Below, in pieces: positions 27,386 to 37,377 of a DNA stretch of 64,000 nucleotides (position 1 is the stretch's first letter; each line of letters opens with the position of its first letter). The position numbers and the translations under genes are program-made. The DNA is from an uncultured Clostridia bacterium. GTDB taxonomy: Bacteria; Bacillota; Clostridia; TANB77; CAG-508. The stretch covers positions 272 to 64,271 of the forward strand of contig CAOMRW010000009.1 in the NCBI GenBank assembly GCA_948485625.1, in the 5' to 3' direction. The notes beneath the pieces are model-generated. The model searched no databases and was not told the DNA's origin. It worked only from the letters and a program-made list of their open reading frames with translations.

Positions 27386-28114
27386 TTATATATTAGGATT
27401 CTCTCCTAAAATTGATAACAACTTTATTTTCTTTTTTAAGAACCATCCCCGATGTGACATTATTATCTGATTTTTTGCCTTTTTGTCTTTTGTTGCTATA
27501 TATTCTATGTTTTGTTCTGCTAAATAATTTTCTGTATCATAGTCTACTATATTTTTAATGTTTTTTATGTATATGCTTTCTTCATATCTTTCTCTTCTTC
27601 TTACAACTTTTTCTCCTAGTATATATCTTTCTAAAATTTCTCTTTCTTTTTTGTTTAGTTGCTCTTGTTTAATTCCTAAATAGTTGTATCTCCATATTAT
27701 ATGTCTTTCATAACTTGAAAATTTCGATTTGTTTAAGTCTTCATAGTCATACTCTATTTTAAATTTTATTCCTTCAATTTGTATTGTCAAATTTGTCCAT
27801 GTTGGTACAATTTCTATTTTTCTAAATTCTTCTCTTAGTAATGAAATTTTTTCATATAAGATATTTACTAGCTTAAGATATTCTTTTTCGTCCAAATTAA
27901 ATTTATGTGGTATTTCATAGACATTAACAGGGTTCTTTTTAAATATTCCTTTTGGAATATAATAAAAGAATAATTCCCCTGTTTTGTTTCCATCAATTCT
28001 GTCCATGATTGAAGCATATAAATACATTTTATCCCATTTTTCAGGAATCATATAAAATATTCTTCTTTGTATATCTTCATACATCTCTTTTATTTTCTTT
28101 GTATGTTTTAACAT
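27386..28114 (-). CDS. YezG/DUF600-like immunity protein with C-terminal extension
   Basis: IPEKWDKMYLYASI...GELFFYYIP...WTNLTIQIEGIKFKIEYDYEDL...IIWRYNYLGI is colinear with B. subtilis YezG. About 70 extra C-terminal residues. Confidence 0.7.
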   Translation of the reverse strand: MLKHTKKIKEMYEDIQRRIFYMIPEKWDKMYLYASIMDRIDGNKTGELFFYYIPKGIFKKNPVNVYEIPHKFNLDEKEYLKLVNILYEKISLLREEFRKIEIVPTWTNLTIQIEGIKFKIEYDYEDLNKSKFSSYERHIIWRYNYLGIKQEQLNKKEREILERYILGEKVVRRRERYEESIYIKNIKNIVDYDTENYLAEQNIEYIATKDKKAKNQIIMSHRGWFLKKKIKLLSILGENPNI

Positions 28115-28122
28115 ATTTACCC

Positions 28123-29661
28123 CTATTCTTTGATTAATAGACTTTCTCCTGTCATTTCTTCTGGTTTTTCTATGTCCATTAAATCAAGCATTGTTGGTGC
28201 TAAATCTGCTAATTTTCCATTTTCTTTTAATTTGTATTCTTTATTATCTGTAACTAAGATTATTGGTACAGGATTTGTTGTATGTGCTGTATGTGGTTCT
28301 CCTGTTTTATAATCTATCATTTGTTCTGCATTTCCATGGTCTGCTGTAATTATTAAATTTCCTTGTTTCTTTTCAATTATTTCTAATACTCTTCCTACAC
28401 ATTCATCTACAGTTTCTACTGCTTTTATTGCTGCTTGTAAACTTCCTGTGTGTCCTACCATATCTGTATTAGCATAATTTAATATTACTACATCATATTT
28501 ATCATTTTCTAAAACATTACAAACTTTATCAGTTACTTCATATGCACTCATTTCTGGTTTCATATCATATGTTTCTACTTTTGGTGATGGTACTAATATT
28601 CTGTCTTCACCCTCATATTGTTTTTCTTCTCCACCATTAAAGAAAAATGTTACATGTGCATATTTTTCTGTTTCTGCAATTCTTAATTGTGTTTTTCCAT
28701 TATTAGATACTACTTCTCCAAATGTATTTTTTAGTGGTTCTTTTCTAAATGCTACTTGTACATTTGGCATTGTTTCATCATAACTTGTAAAACATACATA
28801 ATATAAATTCATTTTCTTTGTTTCAAATCCGTCAAATTGTGGGTCTACTAGTGCTCTTGTTATTTCTCTTGCTCTATCTGGTCTGAAATTAAAGAATATT
28901 ACAGAATCATTTTCTTCTATTTTTGCAACTGGTTCATTTCCATTGCATATTATTGTTGGTTCCACAAATTCATCAAATACTTCTTTTTGGTATGAATCTT
29001 CTATTGCTTTTATACTATCTCCTGCTTTTACTCCATCACCATTTACTAAAGCATTATAACATTTTTCTACTCTTTCCCATCTTTTGTCTCTATCCATTGC
29101 ATAAAATCTTCCTGAAAGTGTTGCTATTTTTCCAATTCCTTTTTCTTTTATCTTTTCTTGTAATTGTGCTATATAATTTTCTGCTGATGCTGGTGGTGTA
29201 TCTCTTCCATCTAGGAAACAGTGTATATAAACATCTTCAAAATCTCTTCTTTTCGCCATTTCTAGTAGTCCATATAAATGTCTTATATGACTATGAACTC
29301 CACCATCTGAAACTAATCCTAAAATGTGTAATTTTGAATTGTTTTTCTTACAATTTTCTATTGCAGCTATAAACTCTGGATTGCTAAAAAAGTCTCCATC
29401 TTCTATAGATTTAGTAATTCTTGTCAATTCTTGATATACTATTCTTCCAGCACCTATATTTGTATGTCCTACTTCTGAGTTTCCCATTTGTCCTTCTGGT
29501 AATCCTACTTGTAATCCACTTGTATATATATCTGTACTAGGATATTTCTTCATTAGTTTATCAATATTAGGTGTATTTGCTAATTTTATCGCATTTCCAT
29601 CTTTGTTTCTGTTATCTCCAAACCCATCTAATATCATTAGCATTGTTACTTTATCTTTCAT
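28123..29661 (-). CDS. gpmI: 2,3-bisphosphoglycerate-independent phosphoglycerate mutase
   Basis: 512 aa; [27 protein letters not shown] motifs. Confidence 0.92.
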   Translation of the reverse strand: MKDKVTMLMILDGFGDNRNKDGNAIKLANTPNIDKLMKKYPSTDIYTSGLQVGLPEGQMGNSEVGHTNIGAGRIVYQELTRITKSIEDGDFFSNPEFIAAIENCKKNNSKLHILGLVSDGGVHSHIRHLYGLLEMAKRRDFEDVYIHCFLDGRDTPPASAENYIAQLQEKIKEKGIGKIATLSGRFYAMDRDKRWERVEKCYNALVNGDGVKAGDSIKAIEDSYQKEVFDEFVEPTIICNGNEPVAKIEENDSVIFFNFRPDRAREITRALVDPQFDGFETKKMNLYYVCFTSYDETMPNVQVAFRKEPLKNTFGEVVSNNGKTQLRIAETEKYAHVTFFFNGGEEKQYEGEDRILVPSPKVETYDMKPEMSAYEVTDKVCNVLENDKYDVVILNYANTDMVGHTGSLQAAIKAVETVDECVGRVLEIIEKKQGNLIITADHGNAEQMIDYKTGEPHTAHTTNPVPIILVTDNKEYKLKENGKLADLAPTMLDLMDIEKPEEMTGESLLIKE

Positions 29662-29735
29662 TATTATGCATCCTTTCGCTCATTTCATTCACTCATCGTC
29701 ATCCAAGATTTTTTCAAAATCCTGTCTGGCAAATC

Positions 29736-30482
29736 TTAAAAATTTACTATTTTAGCAAATTCGTCTGGTTTTAAACTTGCTCCACCAACTAATCCTCCAT
29801 CTATATCTGACATTTCAAATAACTCTTTAGCATTTGTTGATTTCACACTACCTCCATACTGTATTATAACTCTTTCTGCTGTCATTTGTCCATAAATTTG
29901 ACAAATTTTGTCTCTTATTGCCTTAATACTATTATTAGCATCATCTGCTGTTGCAGTTTTTCCTGTTCCAATTGCCCATATTGGTTCATATGCTATTATT
30001 GTATTTTCTACTTGTTCTTGTGTTAATCCTTGTAGTGCTAATTCTGTTTGCTTTGTAATAATTTCTTCTGTTTTGTTTGCTTCTCTTTGTTCTAGAGTTT
30101 CTCCAACACATACTATTGGTTTTAATTCGTTTACAAATGCTGCTTTTATCTTTTTATTTACTGTTTCATCTGTTTCATTAAAATATTGTCTTCTTTCAGA
30201 GTGCCCTATTATAACATATTCCACTCCAATTGATTTTAACATTTTTCCAGATACTTCACCTGTATATGCTCCTGTTTCTTCAAAATGCATATTTTGAGCA
30301 CCTATTTTCACATTTGTTCCTTGTGCTGTTAATAGAGCATAGAATAAATCTGTATAAGGCACACATAATATTACTTCATTATTTGTTTTTTCTACTTGTG
30401 GTGCAAATTTCTCAATAAAATCTATTGCTTCATTTGGAAGCATATTCATTTTCCAATTCCCTGCAATTACTTTTCTTCTCAT
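29736..30482 (-). CDS. tpiA: triose-phosphate isomerase
   Basis: MRRKVIAGNWKMN..., IIGHSERR, AYEPIWAIGTG, GGASLK. Start at ATG 30480-30482 behind AAAGGAGGATTTT; the 23-codon upstream extension in the ORF track is rejected. Confidence 0.92.
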   Translation of the reverse strand: MRRKVIAGNWKMNMLPNEAIDFIEKFAPQVEKTNNEVILCVPYTDLFYALLTAQGTNVKIGAQNMHFEETGAYTGEVSGKMLKSIGVEYVIIGHSERRQYFNETDETVNKKIKAAFVNELKPIVCVGETLEQREANKTEEIITKQTELALQGLTQEQVENTIIAYEPIWAIGTGKTATADDANNSIKAIRDKICQIYGQMTAERVIIQYGGSVKSTNAKELFEMSDIDGGLVGGASLKPDEFAKIVNF

Positions 30483-30497
30483 AAAATCCTCCTTTTT

Positions 30498-30529
30498 TGA
30501 AACATTTGGGACAGTACAAAAATGTTTCA
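30498..30529. repeat. hairpin with GGGAC loop between the NUDIX gene and tpiA
   Basis: TGAAACATTT (30498-30507) / AAATGTTTCA (30520-30529), loop GGGACAGTACAA. No U-run on the sense RNA, and it sits immediately 5' of the tpiA RBS. Confidence 0.6.
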
Positions 30530-30547
30530 TATTTTTGTCGTTTTTTG

Positions 30548-31096
30548 TCATTTATTCATATTTTCTCTTTCCTCATACAAATATTTTACTATTTGTGGCA
30601 TATAAGTTCTTTTTGAAAATACATAGTTTTCATCTTTATTATCTAAAATTCTTTTTAGTTCTTCTAAAGATATATATTTAACTTCTGATAATTCTTCTTT
30701 TTGTATCTTATAATCATTTATATTATAATCCACTATACTAAAAAAGTGATAACCAAAATAATTATTTTTCTGACTACTATTCAAATGTATTTCTTCATTT
30801 TTTGTAATACATATATTTTTTAATTCCTTTATATTGATTCCTAGCTCTTCTAAACACTCTCTCTTAGCAGCTACTTTCACATCTTCTCCTGCATCTACAT
30901 GTCCTGCTGTCAATGCCCATTTACTGGGATGATGTTTTTTGGTTGTAGCTCTCTTTTGTAATAATATTTCTCCATTTTTATTCATTATCCAGACTGCAAC
31001 TTCTCTATGAAAGATACCATTTTGATGTATTTTTTCTTTGTCTTCTACTTTTCCTATTAATTCGTTATTTTCATTTACTATATCTAATAATTCCAC
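30548..31096 (-). CDS. NUDIX hydrolase inserted between pgk and tpiA
   Basis: Nudix box AGHVDAGEDVKVAAKRECLEELGI; 182 aa. Confidence 0.8.
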   Translation of the reverse strand: MELLDIVNENNELIGKVEDKEKIHQNGIFHREVAVWIMNKNGEILLQKRATTKKHHPSKWALTAGHVDAGEDVKVAAKRECLEELGINIKELKNICITKNEEIHLNSSQKNNYFGYHFFSIVDYNINDYKIQKEELSEVKYISLEELKRILDNKDENYVFSKRTYMPQIVKYLYEERENMNK

Positions 31097-31159
31097 TAAC
31101 TTTCTCCTTGTTACAAAAAAATGTTATATTATGGTAGAAATCTTATAAGTTATTAAATG

Positions 31160-31186
31160 AGGATTTTCAACCCGTCCCCAAATCCT
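31160..31186. repeat. copy of the AGGATTTGGGGACGGGT..AAAATCCT element (overlaps the pgk stop codon)
   Basis: AGGATTTTCAACCCGTCCCCAAATCCT. Its reverse complement matches the two copies at 37378-37404 and 37453-37478 apart from 2 central bases. Confidence 0.8.
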
Positions 31187-32369
31187 ATTTATTTTCTAGG
31201 CATTCAATTCCTGGTAATTTTTTTCCTTCTAAGAATTCTAATGATGCTCCTCCACCTGTTGATATGTGTGTCATTTTATCTGCTAATCCTGCTTTTTCTA
31301 CTGCTGCTCCTGAGTCTCCTCCTCCTATTATTGTTGTTGCTTCTAATTCTGATAGTGCTTTTGCTATTTCATTTGTCCCTATTGCAAATTGATCAAATTC
31401 AAATAGTCCTAATGGTCCATTCCATATTACTGTTTTTGCATTTTTTAATTCTTCTTTGAACATTTCAATTGTTTTCTCTCCAATGTCAAATCCTTCCCAT
31501 TCATCTGGTATTTCTGTCCATACTACTGTTTTACTTTCTGTATCTGGTTTAAATTCTTTTCCTACTTTTGTGTCTACTGGTAATAATAATTTAACACCTT
31601 TTTGTTTTGCTTTTTCCATTGCTTGTAATGCTAAGTCTATTTTATCTACTTCACATAGTGAATTTCCTACATTATATCCTTGTGCTTTGAAAAATGTGTA
31701 TGCCATTCCTCCACCTATCATTAAAGTGTCTACTTTGTCTAATAAGCTGTCTATCACTCCTATTTTGTCTGATACTTTTGCTCCTCCTAGTATTGCCATA
31801 AATGGTCTTTCTGGATTGTTTATTGCATTTCCTAATACATTTAATTCTTTTTCTATTAAAAATCCTGATACTGCTGGTATATATTCTGCAATTCCTGCTG
31901 TTGATGCATGTGCTCTATGTGCTGCTCCAAATGCATCATTTACAAATATTTCTGCCATTGATGCTAATTTTTTTGCAAATTCTGTTTCATTATCTGTTTC
32001 TTCTTTATGAAATCTTACATTTTCAAGTAATAGTATTTCACCCTCTTTTAAATTTTCTGCTTTTGTAGTTGCATCTTCTCCTATTACATCATTTGACATG
32101 ATTACTTCTGTATTTAATAATTTTGATAATTCTTTTGCTACTGGTTTTAATGAATATTCTGGTTTTACTTCTCCTTTTGGTCTTCCTAGATGTGATGCTA
32201 ATATTATTTTACAATTTTGTTCTAGTAAATATTTTATTGTTGGAATAGCAGCTACTATTCTTGTATTGTCTGTTATATTTTGTTCTTTGTCCATTGGTAC
32301 ATTAAAGTCACATCTTACAAATACTTTCTTTCCTTTTAAATCAATATCTCTTACTGTTTTTTTGTTCAT
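31185..32369 (-). CDS. pgk: phosphoglycerate kinase
   Basis: 394 aa; [21 protein letters not shown] motifs. Confidence 0.92.
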   Translation of the reverse strand: MNKKTVRDIDLKGKKVFVRCDFNVPMDKEQNITDNTRIVAAIPTIKYLLEQNCKIILASHLGRPKGEVKPEYSLKPVAKELSKLLNTEVIMSNDVIGEDATTKAENLKEGEILLLENVRFHKEETDNETEFAKKLASMAEIFVNDAFGAAHRAHASTAGIAEYIPAVSGFLIEKELNVLGNAINNPERPFMAILGGAKVSDKIGVIDSLLDKVDTLMIGGGMAYTFFKAQGYNVGNSLCEVDKIDLALQAMEKAKQKGVKLLLPVDTKVGKEFKPDTESKTVVWTEIPDEWEGFDIGEKTIEMFKEELKNAKTVIWNGPLGLFEFDQFAIGTNEIAKALSELEATTIIGGGDSGAAVEKAGLADKMTHISTGGGASLEFLEGKKLPGIECLENK

Positions 32370-32482
32370 TTCTCATTCCTCCTATTTTATTATAATGTAA
32401 ATATGATAACATTATAATGTTTTATAATTTGGTACTATTTATAATATTTACCTAATCTATCAAGATGATACAATTTTATACC

Positions 32483-32511
32483 AAAAAAGAATACTTTTCA
32501 AGTATTCTTTT
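32483..32511. promoter_or_regulatory. 28-nt palindromic motif upstream of pgk (also acts as a terminator-like hairpin)
   Basis: AAAAAAGAATACTTTTCAAGTATTCTTTT; a near-identical copy lies upstream of gap at 34909-34936. Confidence 0.5.
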
Positions 32512-32560
32512 AATTTTGCTTAATATTTTTAATTACCTATTTTATACTGTTTTATATCTA

Positions 32561-32902
32561 TTAATCCCACATTTTTGATAATTTAAAAAATCTATAATTC
32601 ATAAGAACTTGCATATCAGTAAAAATTATAATTCTTTGATTTTCATTTAAATATATATAGAATTCAGTATCTTCGTCAGATTTAATATATTCAATTTGAT
32701 TAATATCTATTTTTATTGACTTTCCAAATACATCTCGTTTTGTTTTATTATATACAATCTGAATATAATTGTCTTCTTTATTAACTTCAGCAAAATCCAT
32801 ATCTATTTTTCCTACTATATTTCCTTCAAAAATTGATACTACATATTTATCTTTAAATCTATTTAATCTTTCTATTAATTCATCTACTGTTATAATTTCC
32901 AT
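32561..32902 (-). CDS. hypothetical protein
   Basis: 113-aa ORF between gap and pgk. No recognisable motif. Confidence 0.45.
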   Translation of the reverse strand: MEIITVDELIERLNRFKDKYVVSIFEGNIVGKIDMDFAEVNKEDNYIQIVYNKTKRDVFGKSIKIDINQIEYIKSDEDTEFYIYLNENQRIIIFTDMQVLMNYRFFKLSKMWD

Positions 32903-33007
32903 TTTTCTTTATTTCCTTTCTTTCACAATTAAATATTTATATATAAGTTAATAATCATTTTATTTTAAAGCATTACATTTTATTCAATGTAATACTTTTT
33001 ATCAGTT

Positions 33008-33418
33008 TTATACAGTTAAAGCTCTTTCAAATGCCCTTACACCTTTTAGCGTTTTTACTTTATGCTCTCTAAGTTCTTCTATAATCTCATTTTGTTCTTT
33101 ATTCTTAGTATCATTAAGACAATTCATATTTTCTTTAAATGCAAGTTCTATATCATCAAAGATTTTTCTTTCTAATACTTTTAATTTAGTATCAATTTTT
33201 TTATTTAGCTTTTCTAATTTAGCATCAAATTCTGTACAAATTTTTTTATTTAACTTTTCTAATTTAGCATCAAATTCTGTACAAATTTTTTTATTTAACT
33301 TTTCTAATTTAGCATCAAATTCTGTACAAATTTCATTTTTTTGTTCTCTTAGTTTAGCGTCAAATCCCTGAATTTGCATATTTATAGCTTTAAGCTCCTT
33401 TAGTATTTCCTTTTCCAT
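33008..33418 (-). CDS. hypothetical coiled-coil protein with three 15-aa tandem repeats
   Basis: Start at ATG 33416-33418 behind AAAGGAGGAAAAGT (the ORF-track start is an upstream GTG). Repeat (FDAKLEKLNKKICTE)x3. Confidence 0.5.
   Translation of the reverse strand: MEKEILKELKAINMQIQGFDAKLREQKNEICTEFDAKLEKLNKKICTEFDAKLEKLNKKICTEFDAKLEKLNKKIDTKLKVLERKIFDDIELAFKENMNCLNDTKNKEQNEIIEELREHKVKTLKGVRAFERALTV
33196..33330 (-). repeat. three tandem 45-bp repeats (in-frame)
   Basis: Units 33196-33240, 33241-33285 and 33286-33330 are identical apart from 1 nt in unit 1. Degenerate copies flank on both sides. Confidence 0.9.
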
Positions 33419-33806
33419 ACTTTTCCTCCTTTCGCCAATATTCACTACACAGCAATACTAACTTTATCTATAAATACTTATTAATCTTTTATAATTTCTT
33501 TTATAAAACAATTATATTATTATAAAATTTAATTGTCAATATTTATTTCAAAGTTTATTTTAAGATATTTCTTTATTAATTTCATTTATTTAATATTTAC
33601 TTATTTATGGGAAATCAATTTCGATTAAAATATAAATTTTTGAATAAAAACTATATTACTATATAGTGTATTCTATATATAACATATTTCTAAAAATTTG
33701 TAAACATAATTTATAATTTTTCAAACTTTTATTACACATAAAGATAACACTAAAAATAAAACACAAAAAGCATCTTAATAGATGCTCTTCTTTATATTTA
33801 TACATA

Positions 33807-34823
33807 TTATCCTAATTCAGCAAAATACTTGATAGTTCTAACCATTTGACTAGTATAAGAATTTTCATTATCATACCAAGCAACTACTTGAACTTGATAT
33901 AATCCATCTTCTATTTTAGTTACCATTGTTTGAGTGCTATCAAATAAAGAACCATATCTCATACCAATAATATCTGAAGAAACTAAAAATTCTTCTGTAT
34001 AACCAAATGAATCATTAGCTTGTGCTTTCATAGCAGCATTTATAGATTCTTCTGTTATATCATTTCCTTTAACAACAGCAACCAATATTGTTGTTGAACC
34101 TGTTGCAACTGGAACTCTTTGTGCTGAACCTATTAATTTTCCATTTAATTCTGGAATTACTAAACCAATAGCTTTTGCAGCTCCTGTTGAGTTTGGTACT
34201 ATATTTATAGCAGCAGCTCTAGCTCTTCTAAAATCTCCTTTTCTATGTGGTCCATCTAGAAGCATTTGATCTCCTGTATAAGCATGAACTGTTGTCATTA
34301 TTCCTGATTGAATTGGTGCATAATCATTTAATGCTTTTACCATTGGAGCTAAACAGTTTGTTGTACAAGATGCAGCTGATATAATATTATCTTCTGGTGT
34401 GATAACATCTTGATTTACACCAAATACTACTGTTGGTATATCCTTTCCAGCTGGTGCTGAAATTACAACTTTTTTAGCACCTGCATCAATATGAGCTTGT
34501 GCTTTATCTTTTGCAGTATAAAAACCTGTACACTCTAATACTACATCTACATCAAGTTCTTTCCATGGTAAGTTTGATGCTTCTTTTTCAGCATATATTT
34601 TTATTGTTTTTCCATCTACTGTTATTGAATCTTCTCCTGCTACAACTGTATCAGCTTTTTCATATGTTCCTTGTGCTGAATCATACTTTAATAATTGAGC
34701 TAACATTGCTGGACCTGTTAAATCGTTTATAGCAACAATCTCATATCCCTCCGCTCCAAACATTTGTCTAAATGCAAGACGTCCTATACGTCCAAAACCA
34801 TTAATGGCTACTTTTACTGACAT
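33807..34823 (-). CDS. gap: type I glyceraldehyde-3-phosphate dehydrogenase
   Basis: 338 aa; [18 protein letters not shown] active site, WYDNE. Confidence 0.92.
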   Translation of the reverse strand: MSVKVAINGFGRIGRLAFRQMFGAEGYEIVAINDLTGPAMLAQLLKYDSAQGTYEKADTVVAGEDSITVDGKTIKIYAEKEASNLPWKELDVDVVLECTGFYTAKDKAQAHIDAGAKKVVISAPAGKDIPTVVFGVNQDVITPEDNIISAASCTTNCLAPMVKALNDYAPIQSGIMTTVHAYTGDQMLLDGPHRKGDFRRARAAAINIVPNSTGAAKAIGLVIPELNGKLIGSAQRVPVATGSTTILVAVVKGNDITEESINAAMKAQANDSFGYTEEFLVSSDIIGMRYGSLFDSTQTMVTKIEDGLYQVQVVAWYDNENSYTSQMVRTIKYFAELG

Positions 34824-34908
34824 AATTTTTCCTCCTTTTGATTAAAGCTTTTTGCTTTTTCTCTTATTAGTATTACCTATTTTTTTCTAGGCAATTCTAT
34901 TCTATATT

Positions 34909-34936
34909 AAAAAAGATTACTTTTCAAGTATTCTTT
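34909..34936. promoter_or_regulatory. 28-nt palindromic motif upstream of gap (second copy)
   Basis: AAAAAAGATTACTTTTCAAGTATTCTTT; 1 mismatch to 32483-32510. Located about 85 nt upstream of the gap ATG in a divergent intergenic region, so it does not follow any minus-strand gene. Confidence 0.5.
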
Positions 34937-35024
34937 CCAAATTTTTCTAATTCTTCATCCACCTATTGATTTATGTGAATTATTATATTATAATACTTTC
35001 ATCAAATTTTAAGGAGGTACTTTT

Positions 35025-35345
35025 ATGACACGGACACAATGGATTATCAGAGTCTTAAACGACTCCAGCAACACAGACATCTCTATTGCCAATAAGGATT
35101 GGCTACGAAAAAATGTTGAAAAGTTACAAATTAATGTAGATATTCATGATTGTCTCATTAATGTCTTCGATATTGCAGAAGATTGGAACAAAAATGGTAC
35201 TATTTTAATTCAAAATGGTACAGCTATACATTTTAAAGGCGATTTTAATCCACTAAAAGAAGCTTTATTAATATCAAAATACAGTAAATCTTCACCATAT
35301 GAAGTTTATCTATATTCTCCAAAACAATTTGAGAATATAGAATAA
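35025..35345 (+). CDS. hypothetical protein
   Basis: 106 aa with AAGGAGG RBS. No recognisable family. Codon 3 is CGG. Confidence 0.45.
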   Translation: MTRTQWIIRVLNDSSNTDISIANKDWLRKNVEKLQINVDIHDCLINVFDIAEDWNKNGTILIQNGTAIHFKGDFNPLKEALLISKYSKSSPYEVYLYSPKQFENIE

Positions 35346-35365
35346 TTTCTACTTAAAAAGTATCT

Positions 35366-35393
35366 GAATTTAGTCTATATATAGACTAAATTC
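35366..35393. terminator. bidirectional terminator (perfect 28-bp palindrome)
   Basis: GAATTTAGTCTATA|TATAGACTAAATTC between convergent genes. Confidence 0.6.
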
Positions 35394-35466
35394 ACCATTT
35401 ACAAATTTAACTAAATAAAAACATAAAATAGTGATATCCTTTCCAATAAGAATATCACTATTTTAT

Positions 35467-37362
35467 TTACCCATACAACTTCTCAAGCACAATAACAAAC
35501 ATAGCATGAGACCAACCAAGTCCAATAACCCAATTAGGCTTCAAAGTTTCATTACTTACTTGTTCACTCAAAAAGTAATGTTTTCCTACAGTTTTTACCA
35601 CAAAATCAAAACACTCTTTAGCTTTCTTTTTCTCTCCACACTCTAGATAATATAATGTCATCCAAAGATTAGCAATTGGCCAAGGATTACAATTCATATA
35701 ATTATCATTTTCAAATCTTTGATAACCACCAGTATAAGTTCTTAACGACAAATTAATTCTCTCAACTGTATTTTGAATCTTTTTTTCCTTTGGCTTAAAC
35801 ACATTAAATGGAGTAACTGAACCTAAAATGCTAATATCCATTTTTCTATCATCAGAATTTCTTACATATGATTTTTTATCATCATCATACATATTTTTAT
35901 TTATATACTTTTTAATATCTACCTGTAATTTCTCAATTTCCTTTATAGATTTAGAAATCTTTTCCTCTTTCAACCTATTATTTTCAAATTCAGAAATATT
36001 ACTCTGTAAAATATCATATATCTTTAGGATACAATCAAAAGCAGCATAAATACTTGAAAAAGAATATAGATGTACTCCCTCACACATTTCCCATAAATCA
36101 TAACTTACATGATATTTATTAGTTTCTTCAAAAATATCTTTAACATATCTTTTTAGAAAATCAATAGCCTTTTCACACATCTGTAAATTATCTTTTAAAA
36201 ACTGTTCAGACTTTGAATATTTATAATGCTCATATACTCCATACACTACACTTGCAGTCTCATCAATTTGATATCCCCAACAAGGAGCCAATTTCCCATC
36301 TGTAAAAAATCGCTGTTCAAACATACCATTTTTACTTTGAACTTTTTTACAAAAAACTTTATAAAATTTTTCTGTTTCCTTATGCATTTTTAATATATCC
36401 ATTGCTTTAGTTATAAAAACAGCATCTCTAGGCCAACAATAAGCATATCTTCCACATTTAGAAAAATATTCATCAACTTCTGGAGCTGCAATAATAGCAC
36501 CTGTTTCCTGATTTGTTAATAATGGAAAAAGTAAAATACTTCTTTTATAAATTTCATAAACTCGTTCTTCATAACTATTCTGAGGTTCTTTTATTTTTAA
36601 TCCATTATGTGATTTAACATACTTTCTCCAATAAGATTTAGCTTTTATATATTCTTTATCAAAATCAATTCTTTTTATTCTTTCAACTTCATCTTCCATA
36701 TCAGATACATTTCTATTATCATCCACAAAAATACAGATCTGTAATTCTTTTTTATCTCCTGGCTTTAATAATCCAATATCATACGCAATTGAAGAATCTT
36801 TTGACATCCCAATATAATCTTTATCATATATTTCAGTTCTTTTTATTCTATCACTGCTACCATTTATTTGATGTTTAATTAAACTCTTACCTTTAGCAAA
36901 AGTTGAAACAGCAAAATCATGTGCATATTGAATCATTCCTCCATCAATAATTTTACATCCTACAAAATTATTACTATCAGATAATAATTCAGAATGAATA
37001 TAAAATTCTGTATTCAAATCAATTGTTCCTTCATTTATAAAAATATACTTTTTAGACAATACATTCTCTTTTATAAGTATATAATCCGTTTGAACAATCT
37101 TTAAATTAAAATATGTATTTGTAATCTCTGTATTCAATATATTTGTATCAGTATCATAATATTGTTTATAAACATTATTTATATCATCCTGTAAATATAT
37201 TAAATCAGACTCATTTACTTTAATACCTGTATGAAAATAATTTATATACTGTCTATTGTCTTTGCTTGGAAAATACATCCTTTGAAGTTCACCTTTTGCT
37301 GTATAAGTTGCCAACATTTTTTTATTTCCAATTATTGCTTCATTTAAATATTTATTTTCCAT
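35467..37362 (-). CDS. glycoside hydrolase family 15 (glucoamylase/glucodextranase-like), intracellular
   Basis: 631 aa; YCWPRDA and SYDLWEMCEGVHLYS (DLWEE-type catalytic motif), (alpha/alpha)6-barrel-like C-terminal half, no signal peptide. Confidence 0.75.
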   Translation of the reverse strand: MENKYLNEAIIGNKKMLATYTAKGELQRMYFPSKDNRQYINYFHTGIKVNESDLIYLQDDINNVYKQYYDTDTNILNTEITNTYFNLKIVQTDYILIKENVLSKKYIFINEGTIDLNTEFYIHSELLSDSNNFVGCKIIDGGMIQYAHDFAVSTFAKGKSLIKHQINGSSDRIKRTEIYDKDYIGMSKDSSIAYDIGLLKPGDKKELQICIFVDDNRNVSDMEDEVERIKRIDFDKEYIKAKSYWRKYVKSHNGLKIKEPQNSYEERVYEIYKRSILLFPLLTNQETGAIIAAPEVDEYFSKCGRYAYCWPRDAVFITKAMDILKMHKETEKFYKVFCKKVQSKNGMFEQRFFTDGKLAPCWGYQIDETASVVYGVYEHYKYSKSEQFLKDNLQMCEKAIDFLKRYVKDIFEETNKYHVSYDLWEMCEGVHLYSFSSIYAAFDCILKIYDILQSNISEFENNRLKEEKISKSIKEIEKLQVDIKKYINKNMYDDDKKSYVRNSDDRKMDISILGSVTPFNVFKPKEKKIQNTVERINLSLRTYTGGYQRFENDNYMNCNPWPIANLWMTLYYLECGEKKKAKECFDFVVKTVGKHYFLSEQVSNETLKPNWVIGLGWSHAMFVIVLEKLYG

Positions 37363-37377
37363 TATAATTCCTTTCTT

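Noticed and set aside
26608-30529. GGGAC...TGTC words as CggR-type operators of the glycolytic operon
   Set aside because: As I recall it, the B. subtilis CggR operator contains CGGGAC-N6-TGTC repeats, which is tempting. But spacing here differs, and the same words occur next to unrelated genes (miaA, suf, the DtxR-like gene and the beta-CASP nuclease). No SorC/CggR gene is near gap, and nothing similar lies upstream of gap itself.
30483-30551. 23-codon N-terminal extension of tpiA (ORF track start MTKNDKNMKHFCTVPNVSKKEDF)
   Set aside because: The canonical TIM N-terminus MRRKVIAGNWKMN starts at 30482 directly behind AAAGGAGG. The extension covers a hairpin element and overlaps the NUDIX stop.
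31456-32010. 184-aa plus-strand ORF antisense to pgk (and similar long antisense ORFs at 29908-30297, 48707-49177, 40321-40722, 63477-63860)
   Set aside because: They overlap strongly supported conserved genes on the opposite strand. They are S/F/I/L-rich, as expected from reading AT-rich coding DNA backwards. None has an RBS or a recognisable motif.
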